Source: Desulfobacterales bacterium
GTDB lineage: Bacteria > Desulfobacterota > Desulfobacteria > Desulfobacterales > UBA2174
Reading direction: 5' to 3'
NCBI GenBank assembly: GCA_963668645.2
Contig: CAXXWC010000001.1
Location: 352,001-416,000, forward strand
DNA: 64,000 bases
Position numbers and translations under genes: made by a program. Below the pieces are notes generated by a model, which had not been told where the DNA came from, searched no databases, and saw nothing but the letters and a program-made list of their open reading frames with translations. This document shows, piece by piece, positions 19,480 to 28,766 of this stretch; position 1 is the first letter of the stretch; every line of letters starts with the position of its first letter.

Positions 19480-19671
19480 ATGGGAAAATTCTTGAACGAC
19501 GTTGAAACCGCAGAACGCCTCAACTTGGCAGTTCAAACGCTCCGGAATTGGCGTTTCGAGGGTAAGGGACCGGCCTATAGAAAATTTGGACGGGCGATCC
19601 GGTATTCGGAGGAAGATCTCCGGGCTTTTGTAGAATCCTGCAAAATCCAACCTAGCGCGGAGAGCGCATAA
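19480..19671 (+). CDS. AlpA/excisionase-like helix-turn-helix protein
   Basis: FLNDVETAERLNLAVQTLRNWRFEGKGPAYRKFGRAIRYSEEDL. Confidence 0.88.
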   Translation: MGKFLNDVETAERLNLAVQTLRNWRFEGKGPAYRKFGRAIRYSEEDLRAFVESCKIQPSAESA

Positions 19672-22134
19672 ATGATCAACCTTTCGCAAGCCCCCCCGCA
19701 ACGCCTGGAACGATACCGCCCGGAACCAGAACGGCCGGCCGATGACCCGGTAACGGCCTTCATTGGCGCCATGGTGGCGGCCGGCTTGTCGCCTGATGAA
19801 GTGGCAGCCGATGGCCTCTTTAGGCGTCATGCAACCGTTGACCATCCCAACAGCAAAAACGGCTGGCATGTCCTTTACCCGGACCCGCCGGCTGGCGCGT
19901 TCGGCAACTGGGCAAGCGGGCTTTCCGAAACATGGAGCCTTGGCGGCGAACCATTGCGGGAAGCGGATCGGCGGCGGTTGCAAGAAGAAATTGCGAAGCA
20001 AAAGGCCGAGCGTAAGGCGAAGCAAGCCGAGGCGGCAGAAAAGGCGCGGCAATACCTGGCGACCCTACCCCCGGCCGACGACTCGAACCCCTACCTATCC
20101 CGCAAAAGCGTCAAGCCCTGCCCGGGTCTACTGGCCGATGGCGATCTGCTTGTGGTGCCTATCCCGGGGGCAGACGGCCGGCCGATGAGCTATCAGCGGA
20201 TCACCTCGGATGGATCGAAGCGGTTTGCGCCAGGCTGCCCCGTAGCCGGCGGTTGTCTTGAAATCGCGGGTGACGGCACCGGCCCGTTGCTGATCTGCGA
20301 AGGCATCGCAACCGGCTTAACCCTTCATTGGGCGACCGGATACACGGTTTTGGTTGCCCTCAGCGCGAACAACCTGGCGGCCGTGGCGACGATGGCCCGG
20401 AGCCGATACCCGGCCCGTCAAATCGTTTTGGCGGCCGACAACGACATTCGAACCGAGGCCTGCACCGGCCGAAACCCCGGTATTGAGGCTGCGAAAGCAG
20501 CGGCGGCGGCCGTGGGTGGGTTTGTGGTGGCTGCCGATGCGGGCGACTTCAACGATTTACACCAGGGCCAAGGGCTTGAGGTTGTCAAGCGGATCATCGA
20601 GGCGGCGCGACCCGTGGAAATTGTAGCAAGTGTAGCGGGAATAGCAGTAGCAACTGGCGAAGACTGGCCCGACCCCCTGCCCCTAACCCCCGAAGAGAAG
20701 GCCGAGCCCTATCCCATGGAGGCCCTGCCCGGGTTGATTGGCGATGCCGCGGCCGAGGTTGCGGGTTTCGTTCAATGCCCCGCAGCCCTGGCGGCCTGTT
20801 CGGCGCTGGCAGCGGTTTCGACCGTTGCGGCCGGCTTGGTTGACGTTCGAAGGGCGAAAAGACTGGCCGGCCCTGCGGCACTCTTTTTCATAGTCTTGGC
20901 TGAATCGGGCGAACGGAAAACCACCGCCGATAATGCCTTTACCGATGAAATCAGAGCATGGCAGGCCCGACAAGCCGAGGCATTCAAGCCCGATCTGCAA
21001 GCCTGGCGGGCGGCCGAAGCGGCATGGATCGCTGAACGAGACGGGCTGATAACTGCGATCCGGGAAGCGTCGAAGCGTGGGAAGGACACCACCGAACTGA
21101 AGGAACGGCTTGCCGATCTTGAAACCCGGAAGCCGGAGCGGCCCATGGTGCCACGGTTGCTATGGGGGGACGCCACCACCGAGGCCCTGACCTGGGGGCT
21201 TGCCCGTCGATGGCCGGTTGCCGGTATTCTGAGCAGCGAAGGGGGCGCGATCCTGGGCGGGCATTCAATGCGGCCCGAGTCGGTAATGAAGGCCCTTGCG
21301 ACCTACAACAGCTTGTGGGACGGCCTACCTCTGACCATCGACCGGAAAACGAGTGATTGTTACACGGTAGGATCTGCCCGGCTGACCCTGGGGGTGGCTG
21401 TTCAGCCCGAAACAATGCGTCAATTTATAGACGGCACCCGGGGACTTGCCCGTGGGTCTGGATTCTTGGCCCGGTTTCTTGTTTCGTGGCCCGAATCGAC
21501 CCAAGGGCGCCGGATGTTTCAAGAGGCCCCGGACCAGTGGGCGGCCCTGGCCCGGTTCCACCGGCGACTGGCAGATCTGCTGAACCACCCGTTAGCCTTC
21601 GATGACTTGGGGGCACTTTGTCCCGTAGTTTTGGACCTGGACCCTGAAGCTAAGGTCGCTTGGATCGATTTTCACGACACGGTTGAAGCCGAGCTTGCAC
21701 CAGACGGCGAAATGGCCGAGACCCGGGACGTGGCGAGCAAGGCGAGCGACAACGCGGCCCGCATGGCGGCGCTTTTCCATACGTTCGAGCATGGCCCGGC
21801 CGGCACTATTGGATCTGACCATATGCGACGGGCAGCACGGATTGTGGCATGGCACCTATTCGAAGCGCGGCGGTTCCTGAATCAAATTGCGACCCCTGAG
21901 GCCGTAGCCGATGCCATGGCCCTTGAGACGTGGCTTGTGGACTACTGCCGGCGCGAACGACTGGCCGTGGTGCCATGCAATCGTGCTCAGAAGTTCGGCC
22001 CCAACCGCACCAGACGAAAGGCGGCGCTTGACGCTGCTTTGAATGAACTCGAAGGCGCCGGCCGGATTCGGCGGGGTACCGAGGGGCGCAAGGCCGTTAT
22101 TATCCTCCACCCTGAAATCAGAGAGAGGCAATGA
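19672..22134 (+). CDS. Primase (TOPRIM) fused to DUF3987/YfjI-like P-loop domain
   Basis: TOPRIM motifs ICEGIATG, LAADND, GDFNDL; C-terminal WPDPLPL..YPMEALP, ESGERKTT, DATTEAL, SGFLARFL. Confidence 0.85.
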   Translation: MINLSQAPPQRLERYRPEPERPADDPVTAFIGAMVAAGLSPDEVAADGLFRRHATVDHPNSKNGWHVLYPDPPAGAFGNWASGLSETWSLGGEPLREADRRRLQEEIAKQKAERKAKQAEAAEKARQYLATLPPADDSNPYLSRKSVKPCPGLLADGDLLVVPIPGADGRPMSYQRITSDGSKRFAPGCPVAGGCLEIAGDGTGPLLICEGIATGLTLHWATGYTVLVALSANNLAAVATMARSRYPARQIVLAADNDIRTEACTGRNPGIEAAKAAAAAVGGFVVAADAGDFNDLHQGQGLEVVKRIIEAARPVEIVASVAGIAVATGEDWPDPLPLTPEEKAEPYPMEALPGLIGDAAAEVAGFVQCPAALAACSALAAVSTVAAGLVDVRRAKRLAGPAALFFIVLAESGERKTTADNAFTDEIRAWQARQAEAFKPDLQAWRAAEAAWIAERDGLITAIREASKRGKDTTELKERLADLETRKPERPMVPRLLWGDATTEALTWGLARRWPVAGILSSEGGAILGGHSMRPESVMKALATYNSLWDGLPLTIDRKTSDCYTVGSARLTLGVAVQPETMRQFIDGTRGLARGSGFLARFLVSWPESTQGRRMFQEAPDQWAALARFHRRLADLLNHPLAFDDLGALCPVVLDLDPEAKVAWIDFHDTVEAELAPDGEMAETRDVASKASDNAARMAALFHTFEHGPAGTIGSDHMRRAARIVAWHLFEARRFLNQIATPEAVADAMALETWLVDYCRRERLAVVPCNRAQKFGPNRTRRKAALDAALNELEGAGRIRRGTEGRKAVIILHPEIRERQ

Positions 22135-22595
22135 TGGCGCTACGTGATTGGGTATCCGGGGCGGTTGCTACTGCTACAGTCGCTACAACTGCTACAAAAG
22201 CGACCCCGAAAGACCGAAGTGTAGCAACTGTAGCGACTGTAGCAGTAGCAGAACCCAGAAAAAGGGAACCAGCACCCACCCCACCCCGAACCATCGAGGC
22301 CCCGACCGGCGGGTGGATTACCCCGACGACAGTCTACCAGGGCCACCCAACCAAGGCAGCCGTGGACGTGGCCGACGCGATCTTAACCCATTTGGCTAAC
22401 CAGGGACGGCCATGCACTGAAGCCGAGATCATTCAAACCGTGGGGGGCGATCCTCGAACCGTTGGGGCGATCTTACGGCGTCTGGCCGAGGACGGCATCG
22501 TGGAACCCGTACCGGCTGGCCGGTATCGGCTTCCAGAATACCCACCACCACCGGGAACCAGCCCGGGGGTTGCAACAAGCGGAGGCAAAAAATGA
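22131..22595 (+). CDS. Hypothetical protein with ATVAT repeats and a possible C-terminal wHTH
   Basis: Overlaps the primase stop (ATGA); C-terminal ILTHL..CTEAEII..ILRRLAEDGIVE looks wHTH-like. Confidence 0.5.
   Translation: MMALRDWVSGAVATATVATTATKATPKDRSVATVATVAVAEPRKREPAPTPPRTIEAPTGGWITPTTVYQGHPTKAAVDVADAILTHLANQGRPCTEAEIIQTVGGDPRTVGAILRRLAEDGIVEPVPAGRYRLPEYPPPPGTSPGVATSGGKK
22166..22250. repeat. 31-bp inverted repeat of GCTAC/GTAGC units (putative origin iterons)
   Basis: Arms 22166-22196 and 22220-22250 are reverse complements at 29/31 positions; third copy at 20622-20652 (26/31). Confidence 0.85.
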
Positions 22596-22810
22596 AACGA
22601 CCGACCTTAAACGAGATCGACTTGGAGAGGGCTATTGAACAGATCGGGCGGCGACCCGGTTTGATTCTGACCATGGCACCGGATCAATGGGATTGCCTCT
22701 TGTCGTGTGCCTATGACAGGGGTGCTCTTCTCTTAGAAGCCAAAGGCGCCGGCACAGTGGAAGATCCTCTTCAGGTATTCAGGGCATATCGAAAGGGAGC
22801 AGTCCAATGA
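22592..22810 (+). CDS. Small hypothetical protein
   Basis: GGAGG RBS and ATGA overlap with the preceding ORF. Confidence 0.6.
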   Translation: MKRPTLNEIDLERAIEQIGRRPGLILTMAPDQWDCLLSCAYDRGALLLEAKGAGTVEDPLQVFRAYRKGAVQ

Positions 22811-22895
22811 TAGCCATGGGGCTTGCCGGGCCACGCCAATGCGACGAAGCGGCGGGCGGATACCCAGCAAGGGCCGGTCGAAAGGCTGCGAAGAC

Positions 22896-23321
22896 ATGCC
22901 GATAGCACCACCTAAACCTTGCCGTCGATGCCGACGGCCAACCCGCAACCGTTCGGGCCTGTGTGATACCTGCGAGACCAGACGCCAGGCCCGACGGCAA
23001 GCCATTAAGCCGAAGAAAGAAACGCGACCCTTTTACGGATCTGCAAGGTGGAAGGGGGTGCGGAACAGCTATTTCCGAAGGCATCGCTTTTGTGAACTGT
23101 GCGCGGCCAAAGGTATTGCGAGGCTTGCGGATCTGGTCGACCATGTTCGTGAGCTTGAGGACGGCGGAGCAGAGGTTGCAATAGACAACTTGATGAGCCT
23201 GTGCAGACGATGCCATGCCAGCAAGACCAAAAGGATGGCGGCGGCAAGAAAACACGGCTACGAGGCGATTAGCGCCCTTGTAGACGAATTGAAACGGGCG
23301 ACGGGGGGAGGGGGGGTGTAA
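22896..23321 (+). CDS. Phage-type HNH endonuclease
   Basis: MPIAPPKPC..C, FYGSARW, CELC, VDHV..DGG..NLMSLCRRCHASKT. Confidence 0.9.
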   Translation: MPIAPPKPCRRCRRPTRNRSGLCDTCETRRQARRQAIKPKKETRPFYGSARWKGVRNSYFRRHRFCELCAAKGIARLADLVDHVRELEDGGAEVAIDNLMSLCRRCHASKTKRMAAARKHGYEAISALVDELKRATGGGGV

Positions 23322-24113
23322 TTCTTCAGGGCGCTTGCTTCCTCCACCGTAGCGGCAGGCTCTTTCTTGCTGTGTCAAAATTGAGGCGTTTTTTATGCAG
23401 CAGTCTTATGAGTCCGAACTCGGAAAAAGGGGCTCTTCGAGTATCTTAGTGTTTTAAACAAAGTATAATGGGGGGATCAAATGCGTAGCGAAGAGGATAA
23501 TTTTGTAGTATTTCATCATTATGCTGATTTATGGACGTAAAAAATATTATAATACTTCACTGATACAACTGCAATAGAAAATGAATCGATTTAGAAAATA
23601 TGTTTTTTGATCCATTTCCGTAATAAATATTTTTTGCATATATTGTTGGAGAATGTCATTTAAGATATACGTCTTTATCCTCCAGTAGTTAAACAACGGT
23701 TTTCGAAAAAGGATTCCTGTTCCTCGTGGCCCTGCTTTTTATGTAAGAAGCGGGAAGCCCGATCTCTGAAAGCAAGCATATTACCAGCAAGTGCTTTAGT
23801 TTCTCTGTCATGTAGTATAGATCAACTCCGGTCTTGACCTGCCCTTCAAGACTACCATCTTGGTGTATCATGTGGTTCCTGGTGTCAACCACGTCTTTGG
23901 CAAACAGATTGATCTGTTTTGTATCGATGCTGATAATCTCCCGGTGCCTCCTGAGGATATCGAGAAGCCGCTTACGAAGGGAGAACTCATGCAGGTACTT
24001 CATGCGAAGCTGGATGCTATTTCTGAAGTCTTTCGGGAGATCGGCAGGAATGTTGGCAAGTAAATGATTATAAACACCGTTCCGAAACTCCTCGTCAGTC
24101 TGATACTTTCCTT

Positions 24114-25692
24114 GTAAGCGTTCACGGGGTATCCCGGAGTTACAATTCCGAAGTCTAACGTGCTGAATTCACAAGAGAAAGATACATTATGACATAAAGT
24201 ATTGAAATTGTTAAAAAAATCTAGACATTCGTTTTCTAGTGTGATAGGCTCTTTTCCATGGAGACGAAAAGACCCTTCACAGACCTTGAATGGCATCTTA
24301 CGCCGGAACCTGTCCGGCACTATATCCTTTACCTCGAGCAGGCTTTGCATAATCTGCAGAAGCAAGTTGACGATTACGGCAAGCGAATCGAAAAGCTGGA
24401 GGTGAAGACCCGGGAAAATTCTCGAAACTCCAGCAAGCCGCCGTCATCCGACAGCCCGTTTGACCGATCCGGCCGGAAGAATGGAAAAAAAGGAAGTCGC
24501 CCCAAGGGCGGCCAGAAAGGCCATAAGGCCTACAAGCAGCAAATGCTGAGTCCAAATAAATCTCATGCGTTGATGCCCGAACGCTGTCGTTGCGGCAACA
24601 CCGACTTCGGAGGAAGCCGGATGGAACCGTTTTATACCCATCAGCATATCGAGCTGCCCGAAATCCAAATGGAGATCAGCCATTTTATACTTCACCGCTG
24701 CGACTGTCCCAGCTGTGGGAAAACTGTCAAGGCCGTGCTGCCCGAGCCGGTTCGCTATGGATACGGTCCGCGATTGAGTGCGTTGATCGCCGAGTTGAGC
24801 GGCATCAAGGCGATGAGCCGAAACGATGTCAAGCATATATGCGAATCGGTTCTGCGTATGCCCATCGCCACGGGCACCATTCAGAAAATCGTCGACCGGG
24901 CTTCGGAGGCCATTACTCCGGCATACAAAGCCATCGGGGACGTGGCCCGCAGTTCGCTGTGCAATTACATTGACGAGACGTCCTGGTTTAACCAAAACGG
25001 CCTTCAGTGGCTGTGGGCCATGGTCAATGATCGGGTGGCCTTCTATCGTATCGATGCCCACCGTTCCAAGGATGCCTTCAACCAGCTGATCCAGGATTGG
25101 CGAGGAATTCTGGTCAGCGACTCCTACGGCCTATACCGAAACTGGGTTCATGGGCGCCAAACTTGTCTTGCCCATCTGATCCGCAAGGCCGATGCCTTGT
25201 GCGAGAGGAAAAAACCTGATCTACGACGCTTCGGGCACATCATGGCATCCTTGCTTCGGCAGTTGATTCAATTTGCCAAAGATCCACCGCCGCCGCGACA
25301 ATGGCAGCAGTATTACGCACAACTGTTGTTCGCGCTGTCTCTGTGGGAGCCCGATAAATCCGACGCTGGCCAGCTGGCTCGACAGATTTTACGCGAAATC
25401 GACTCGCTTTGGTTCTTCATCGAACACGAGGGCGTGGAGCCGACCAACAACCGGGCCGAACGGGCGCTTCGCTTCGGGGTTTTGTGGCGAAAGCGCAGCC
25501 TCGGCACCCAAAGTGAAAAAGGAAATCGCTGGGTAGAACGTATCCTCTCCCTGAAGGAAACTTGTCGGTTAAAAGCGAAATCAACCTTCCAGACCCTGGA
25601 ACTCTGCATCGAATCGTTCTTCAACAACGACAAGCCCGATCTGTCTTGGATATAGCTCAGACCACGGTTTCCTTTACCCCGTGAACGCTTAC
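24114..25692 (+). mobile_element. IS66-family insertion sequence (single-ORF, ISBst12-like), 1579 bp
   Basis: Perfect 18-bp terminal IR GTAAGCGTTCACGGGGTA; 8-bp TSD CTTTCCTT at 24106-24113 and 25693-25700. Confidence 0.95.
24258..25655 (+). CDS. IS66 family transposase
   Basis: NSRNSSKPPSSD, GGQKGH, zinc-finger Cys pairs, IDETSW, LVSD, QTCLAHLIR, PTNNRAERALR. Confidence 0.95.
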   Translation: METKRPFTDLEWHLTPEPVRHYILYLEQALHNLQKQVDDYGKRIEKLEVKTRENSRNSSKPPSSDSPFDRSGRKNGKKGSRPKGGQKGHKAYKQQMLSPNKSHALMPERCRCGNTDFGGSRMEPFYTHQHIELPEIQMEISHFILHRCDCPSCGKTVKAVLPEPVRYGYGPRLSALIAELSGIKAMSRNDVKHICESVLRMPIATGTIQKIVDRASEAITPAYKAIGDVARSSLCNYIDETSWFNQNGLQWLWAMVNDRVAFYRIDAHRSKDAFNQLIQDWRGILVSDSYGLYRNWVHGRQTCLAHLIRKADALCERKKPDLRRFGHIMASLLRQLIQFAKDPPPPRQWQQYYAQLLFALSLWEPDKSDAGQLARQILREIDSLWFFIEHEGVEPTNNRAERALRFGVLWRKRSLGTQSEKGNRWVERILSLKETCRLKAKSTFQTLELCIESFFNNDKPDLSWI

Positions 25693-27040
25693 CTTTCCTT
25701 TATACATCCTTCGATGGTAGAATTCGATTGCCCCGATGAGGTTTAGGAATCGGTGCTCAACGTACAACTTTTGAGCATACATCGTTGAAAAAAAATAATC
25801 CATTACCGGCTTGAGTTGGTCGGCTTTCTCGTACCAGTTGGCAAGGTATCTACCTATGTCATGGGAGATATCTGCATATGGTACGAGCATATCGTAATAA
25901 GAGCGTATTTTTGCTGTATCAGGCTTGGTTGCCAGTTGATAGTACCACTCGACCTTTTGATGGGTATCCTTTTCACCTTCACAAAGTATCGGCTCTGCTT
26001 CTATGACCGTTGGATAAATTGGAGAAAGAGCTGCCAGGGAAAGAAAATCCTGAAACCTTCCATGGACTTCGAGCCAGTCGAAGAAGCCCTTTGGCTCGTT
26101 CTTGGATTCAAAGCATACCGTTGACTTCTGCGTGATAGTGATTTTATCCAAGGCCAATATGGGACTTGTTACGCCAAATTGAACGGTTATGGTTAAATCG
26201 CTGAGATTTGCAAGTTCAATGGACTCAGGGCTTTCGTATTCAACGCGCAATTTGCCTTTTTCGGCGTTGCTCTTTACCTGAAAGCCAGAAACATAAAGCC
26301 ACTGATCAAAGTGTAAATAGCGAACATGTATCTTGCAGAACCGTATTTCGTCCTTACTGTTGTAATGTCGCCCTGTAAAAATGAATTGTGGAGAAAATTT
26401 TTGGATATACATCCCCGGGAAGCTCATACTCGCGTTAGTCGATATACATTTGTAAAGTGTGACAGTTTTTCCATTAGAAGTGAAGCCGAGTATGATATCC
26501 TGCCCTTCAAAGCGAAAAAGCCTATTCTCCATAGAATCGAGCGATCCCGTAAGCTCAAGCTGTGCTCCTTCGGACTGGTTGACCTTCAAGGCCCCGGGGA
26601 CTTTGTTATCTGGGTTGTCAGGAAGCCACCAATACCCGTTGAGATCGAATTCCTTGAGCATATTGTTCTCCTCCCTGTCGACGTGCAATATGGTTAGAAG
26701 GATACAATATAAAACAACACGTTAACTTGCAAGGAGGCGGGGGATGTTATCGAGGCCCCTCGCTGTTGCAGGGCCTCATTGATAAGCCGCGAACAGCGGA
26801 CCACCCCTGAAAACAGCCGGTAGTCGATCGCGATCTTTACCAAAGCTATCACCGGTCGGCTTCGGAAATCGTGACGGGGCCGGATAGCCGGATAGATGGA
26901 CAAACCGGTGGCCACAGGGTGGGCGATTATAGGAGCCGTTGCCGCTAACAGAACAAAGGTGCCGGCTGCCTTTGCTGGGTCGATCATAGGCCGGCTCCGG
27001 GTCTTGTCACCGGCCCGGGTGGCGGGGCCAGCGTCAAACC

Positions 27041-27325
27041 CGTAAAGATATCCGCCGGCTTTGGCTGGCGGTCCTACTTCAGGCGATCCGGGACGCCTTG
27101 CTCTGACGCAAGCTGCGGGGGCAGTCGGCCGTCGGTTGTCGGGCCGATCTTCGGCGGCGGATCTACAAGGAAGCCTACGATTGGATCGAAAGCCTTGACG
27201 AAGGCTTCGTCAACGTCTGCCAGGTCATCGGCCGTGCCCCGGAGCAGATCCGGCATTACGTCGTTGAGAGCGGCACGGCTGAGGATTATTCAGCGCACCT
27301 GCGAGGGGTGGACAAGGCTGCCTGA
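27041..27325 (+). pseudogene. Remnant of a small phage/mobile-element protein gene with an internal TGA
   Basis: Manual read: RKDIRRLWLAVLLQAIRDALL*RKLRG..IYKEAYDWIESLDEGFVNVCQVIGRAPEQIRHY; TGA at 27104; no in-frame start after TAG 26987. Confidence 0.45.
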
Positions 27326-27381
27326 ATTTTGTTCCCATTTGGGAACCATTTCTGGAAATATAGTATCATTTCAAGTAGTTG

Positions 27382-27410
27382 TTGACATGCCGCCTTGATC
27401 GGTTTAGGCT
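27382..27410 (+). promoter_or_regulatory. Sigma70-like promoter of the 68-aa ORF
   Basis: TTGACA-17 nt-TAGGCT. Confidence 0.6.
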
Positions 27411-27439
27411 TCCCGAAACCATAACGGAAAGGACAAAGC

Positions 27440-27646
27440 ATGTACCTGAACACGGCGAACACCATTGACGAAATCTTGACCCATGGCATCGGCCCGGCAA
27501 TCGAATTTCTTGACATGGCGCAGGACGAACGCGAAGCCGGCAACGATGACCGAGCTTCGATGCTTGAGCTTGAGGCACGCGGCAAGCTGTACGTCTGCCG
27601 TGAGCGGCTGGACGCGATCCGGCGGGCTGGGCGGATGACGGGTTGA
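27440..27646 (+). CDS. 68-aa hypothetical protein
   Basis: Promoter and AAGGA RBS upstream; protein-like helical composition. Confidence 0.6.
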   Translation: MYLNTANTIDEILTHGIGPAIEFLDMAQDEREAGNDDRASMLELEARGKLYVCRERLDAIRRAGRMTG

Positions 27647-28645
27647 CGGGTGGGCGATCACCGGGCGGCCGTTCGGCAGGTTGACGGGGCGATCCACCCG
27701 GCAAGCACTTGGAACGGTTCAGGGTCTTCGTGGTCCGGGCCGTTTCGCCTTCATGGGGGCCGACACCGGGACCGGTGGCCTTGTGACACCGGCGCCAGTC
27801 TCCGGGAAATCGGGCGGTAGGTTAGCGGCCGAAGTTGAACGGTATTTTGAAACGCGGGTGAATCCGGGAACGATTTACCATCGAGCAAGGCGGATTGAAG
27901 GCGGTGCAAATGTACCGGCAAGGCAACCAACCGAAACCACAACAGAAACCCCGAAATCAAACGAAATCAAACGTGAACCCGCCAAAGACGGGACTATGCG
28001 CGGCGGCGCCAGGGCCGGGGCGGGACGGGACGGCGGCCACCTCGAAGCCACCCGGCAACCGGCCGCCCGACGGCGGGTGATCATGGGGCGAACGTCAGCG
28101 CCAGCCGGCAGGCAATCACCCGGCGATCAGGCCGGCGGCCAACGGGGAGGGGCAGGCGAACCACCCGGCAACCATTCGCGCCCCGGCCGCCGGCACCGGG
28201 CCGGGCTTCCAGCCGTGGGGCCGTGGCGGGACCGTGGGCGCCGATCAACCGGAAACCGATGAAGGCGCCGGCCGTGGGCGATCACCGGCCGGCTTCGGTG
28301 CCGAGAGGGCCGTGTGGGTGTAGGGCCTATGGCGAGGCTGGGCGGGCTTGTGAGCTGGACCGATCACCGGGCGACCGTGGGTCTATCATCGAGCGGACGC
28401 CAGGGAGTCGAGGGGCGCCAGGATCGAGCGGCAAGGCCGGGCGGCGGTCATAGGTCGGGTCACCCTTGTGGGGGCTTCCAGGGGCGTGCAAGCCGTCCGG
28501 GTGGCCGGGTGGCCGGGTGGGGGTGCCCTGCGCGGCAGAGAAAAAAAACCGACGGTCTTCAGTCGGTGCCATTAAAGGCTATCTCTTTACCCTGTTTTGC
28601 CTTCAAAGTGTGGGGAATAGCGTGGGGACCAAAATTTATATGCAT

Positions 28646-28680
28646 AAAAAAAGGGGCTACGATTTTCGTCGTAACCCCTT
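28646..28680 (-). terminator. Terminator after tRNA-Cys (element-supplied copy)
   Basis: AAGGGGCTACGA / TCGTAACCCCTT stem with A7; near copy of 17244-17278. Confidence 0.8.
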
Positions 28681-28690
28681 GATTTTGTTT

Positions 28691-28765
28691 TGGAGGCGGC
28701 ATCCGGATTTGAACCGGAGAATAACGGCTTTGCAGGCCGCTGCCTTACCACTTGGCTATGCCGCC
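28691..28765 (-). tRNA. tRNA-Cys (anticodon GCA); integration target
   Basis: GGCGGCATAGCCAAGTGGTAAGGCAGCGGCCTGCAAAGCCGTTATTCTCCGGTTCAAATCCGGATGCCGCCTCCA. Confidence 0.97.
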
Positions 28766-28766
28766 G

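Larger units (their letters stand above)
23689..26661 (-). pseudogene. ApeA-like HEPN domain gene interrupted by IS66
   Basis: N-terminal part 26661-25693 (GYWWLPDNPDNKVPGAL..FLNLIGAIEFYHRR) joins in frame to 24105-23689 containing RNHMIH (RxxxxH); 461 aa when rejoined. Confidence 0.85.
17287..28739. mobile_element. Integrative phage-satellite-like element (~11.4 kb) inserted in tRNA-Cys
   Basis: Flanked by 50-bp att repeats; integrase next to att, AlpA-like HTH, primase/DUF3987, HNH, defence cargo; no capsid, portal, tail or conjugation genes. Confidence 0.88.

Noticed and set aside
23689..24003. Independent 104-aa gene
   Set aside because: It is the C-terminal part of the IS-interrupted HEPN gene
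27104..27106. Selenocysteine read-through at the in-frame TGA
   Set aside because: No redox Cys-type context and no start codon for the frame; a nonsense mutation is simpler. A SECIS search was not possible.
17287..28739. Complete prophage or ICE
   Set aside because: No capsid, portal, large terminase, tail, lysis, relaxase or T4SS genes
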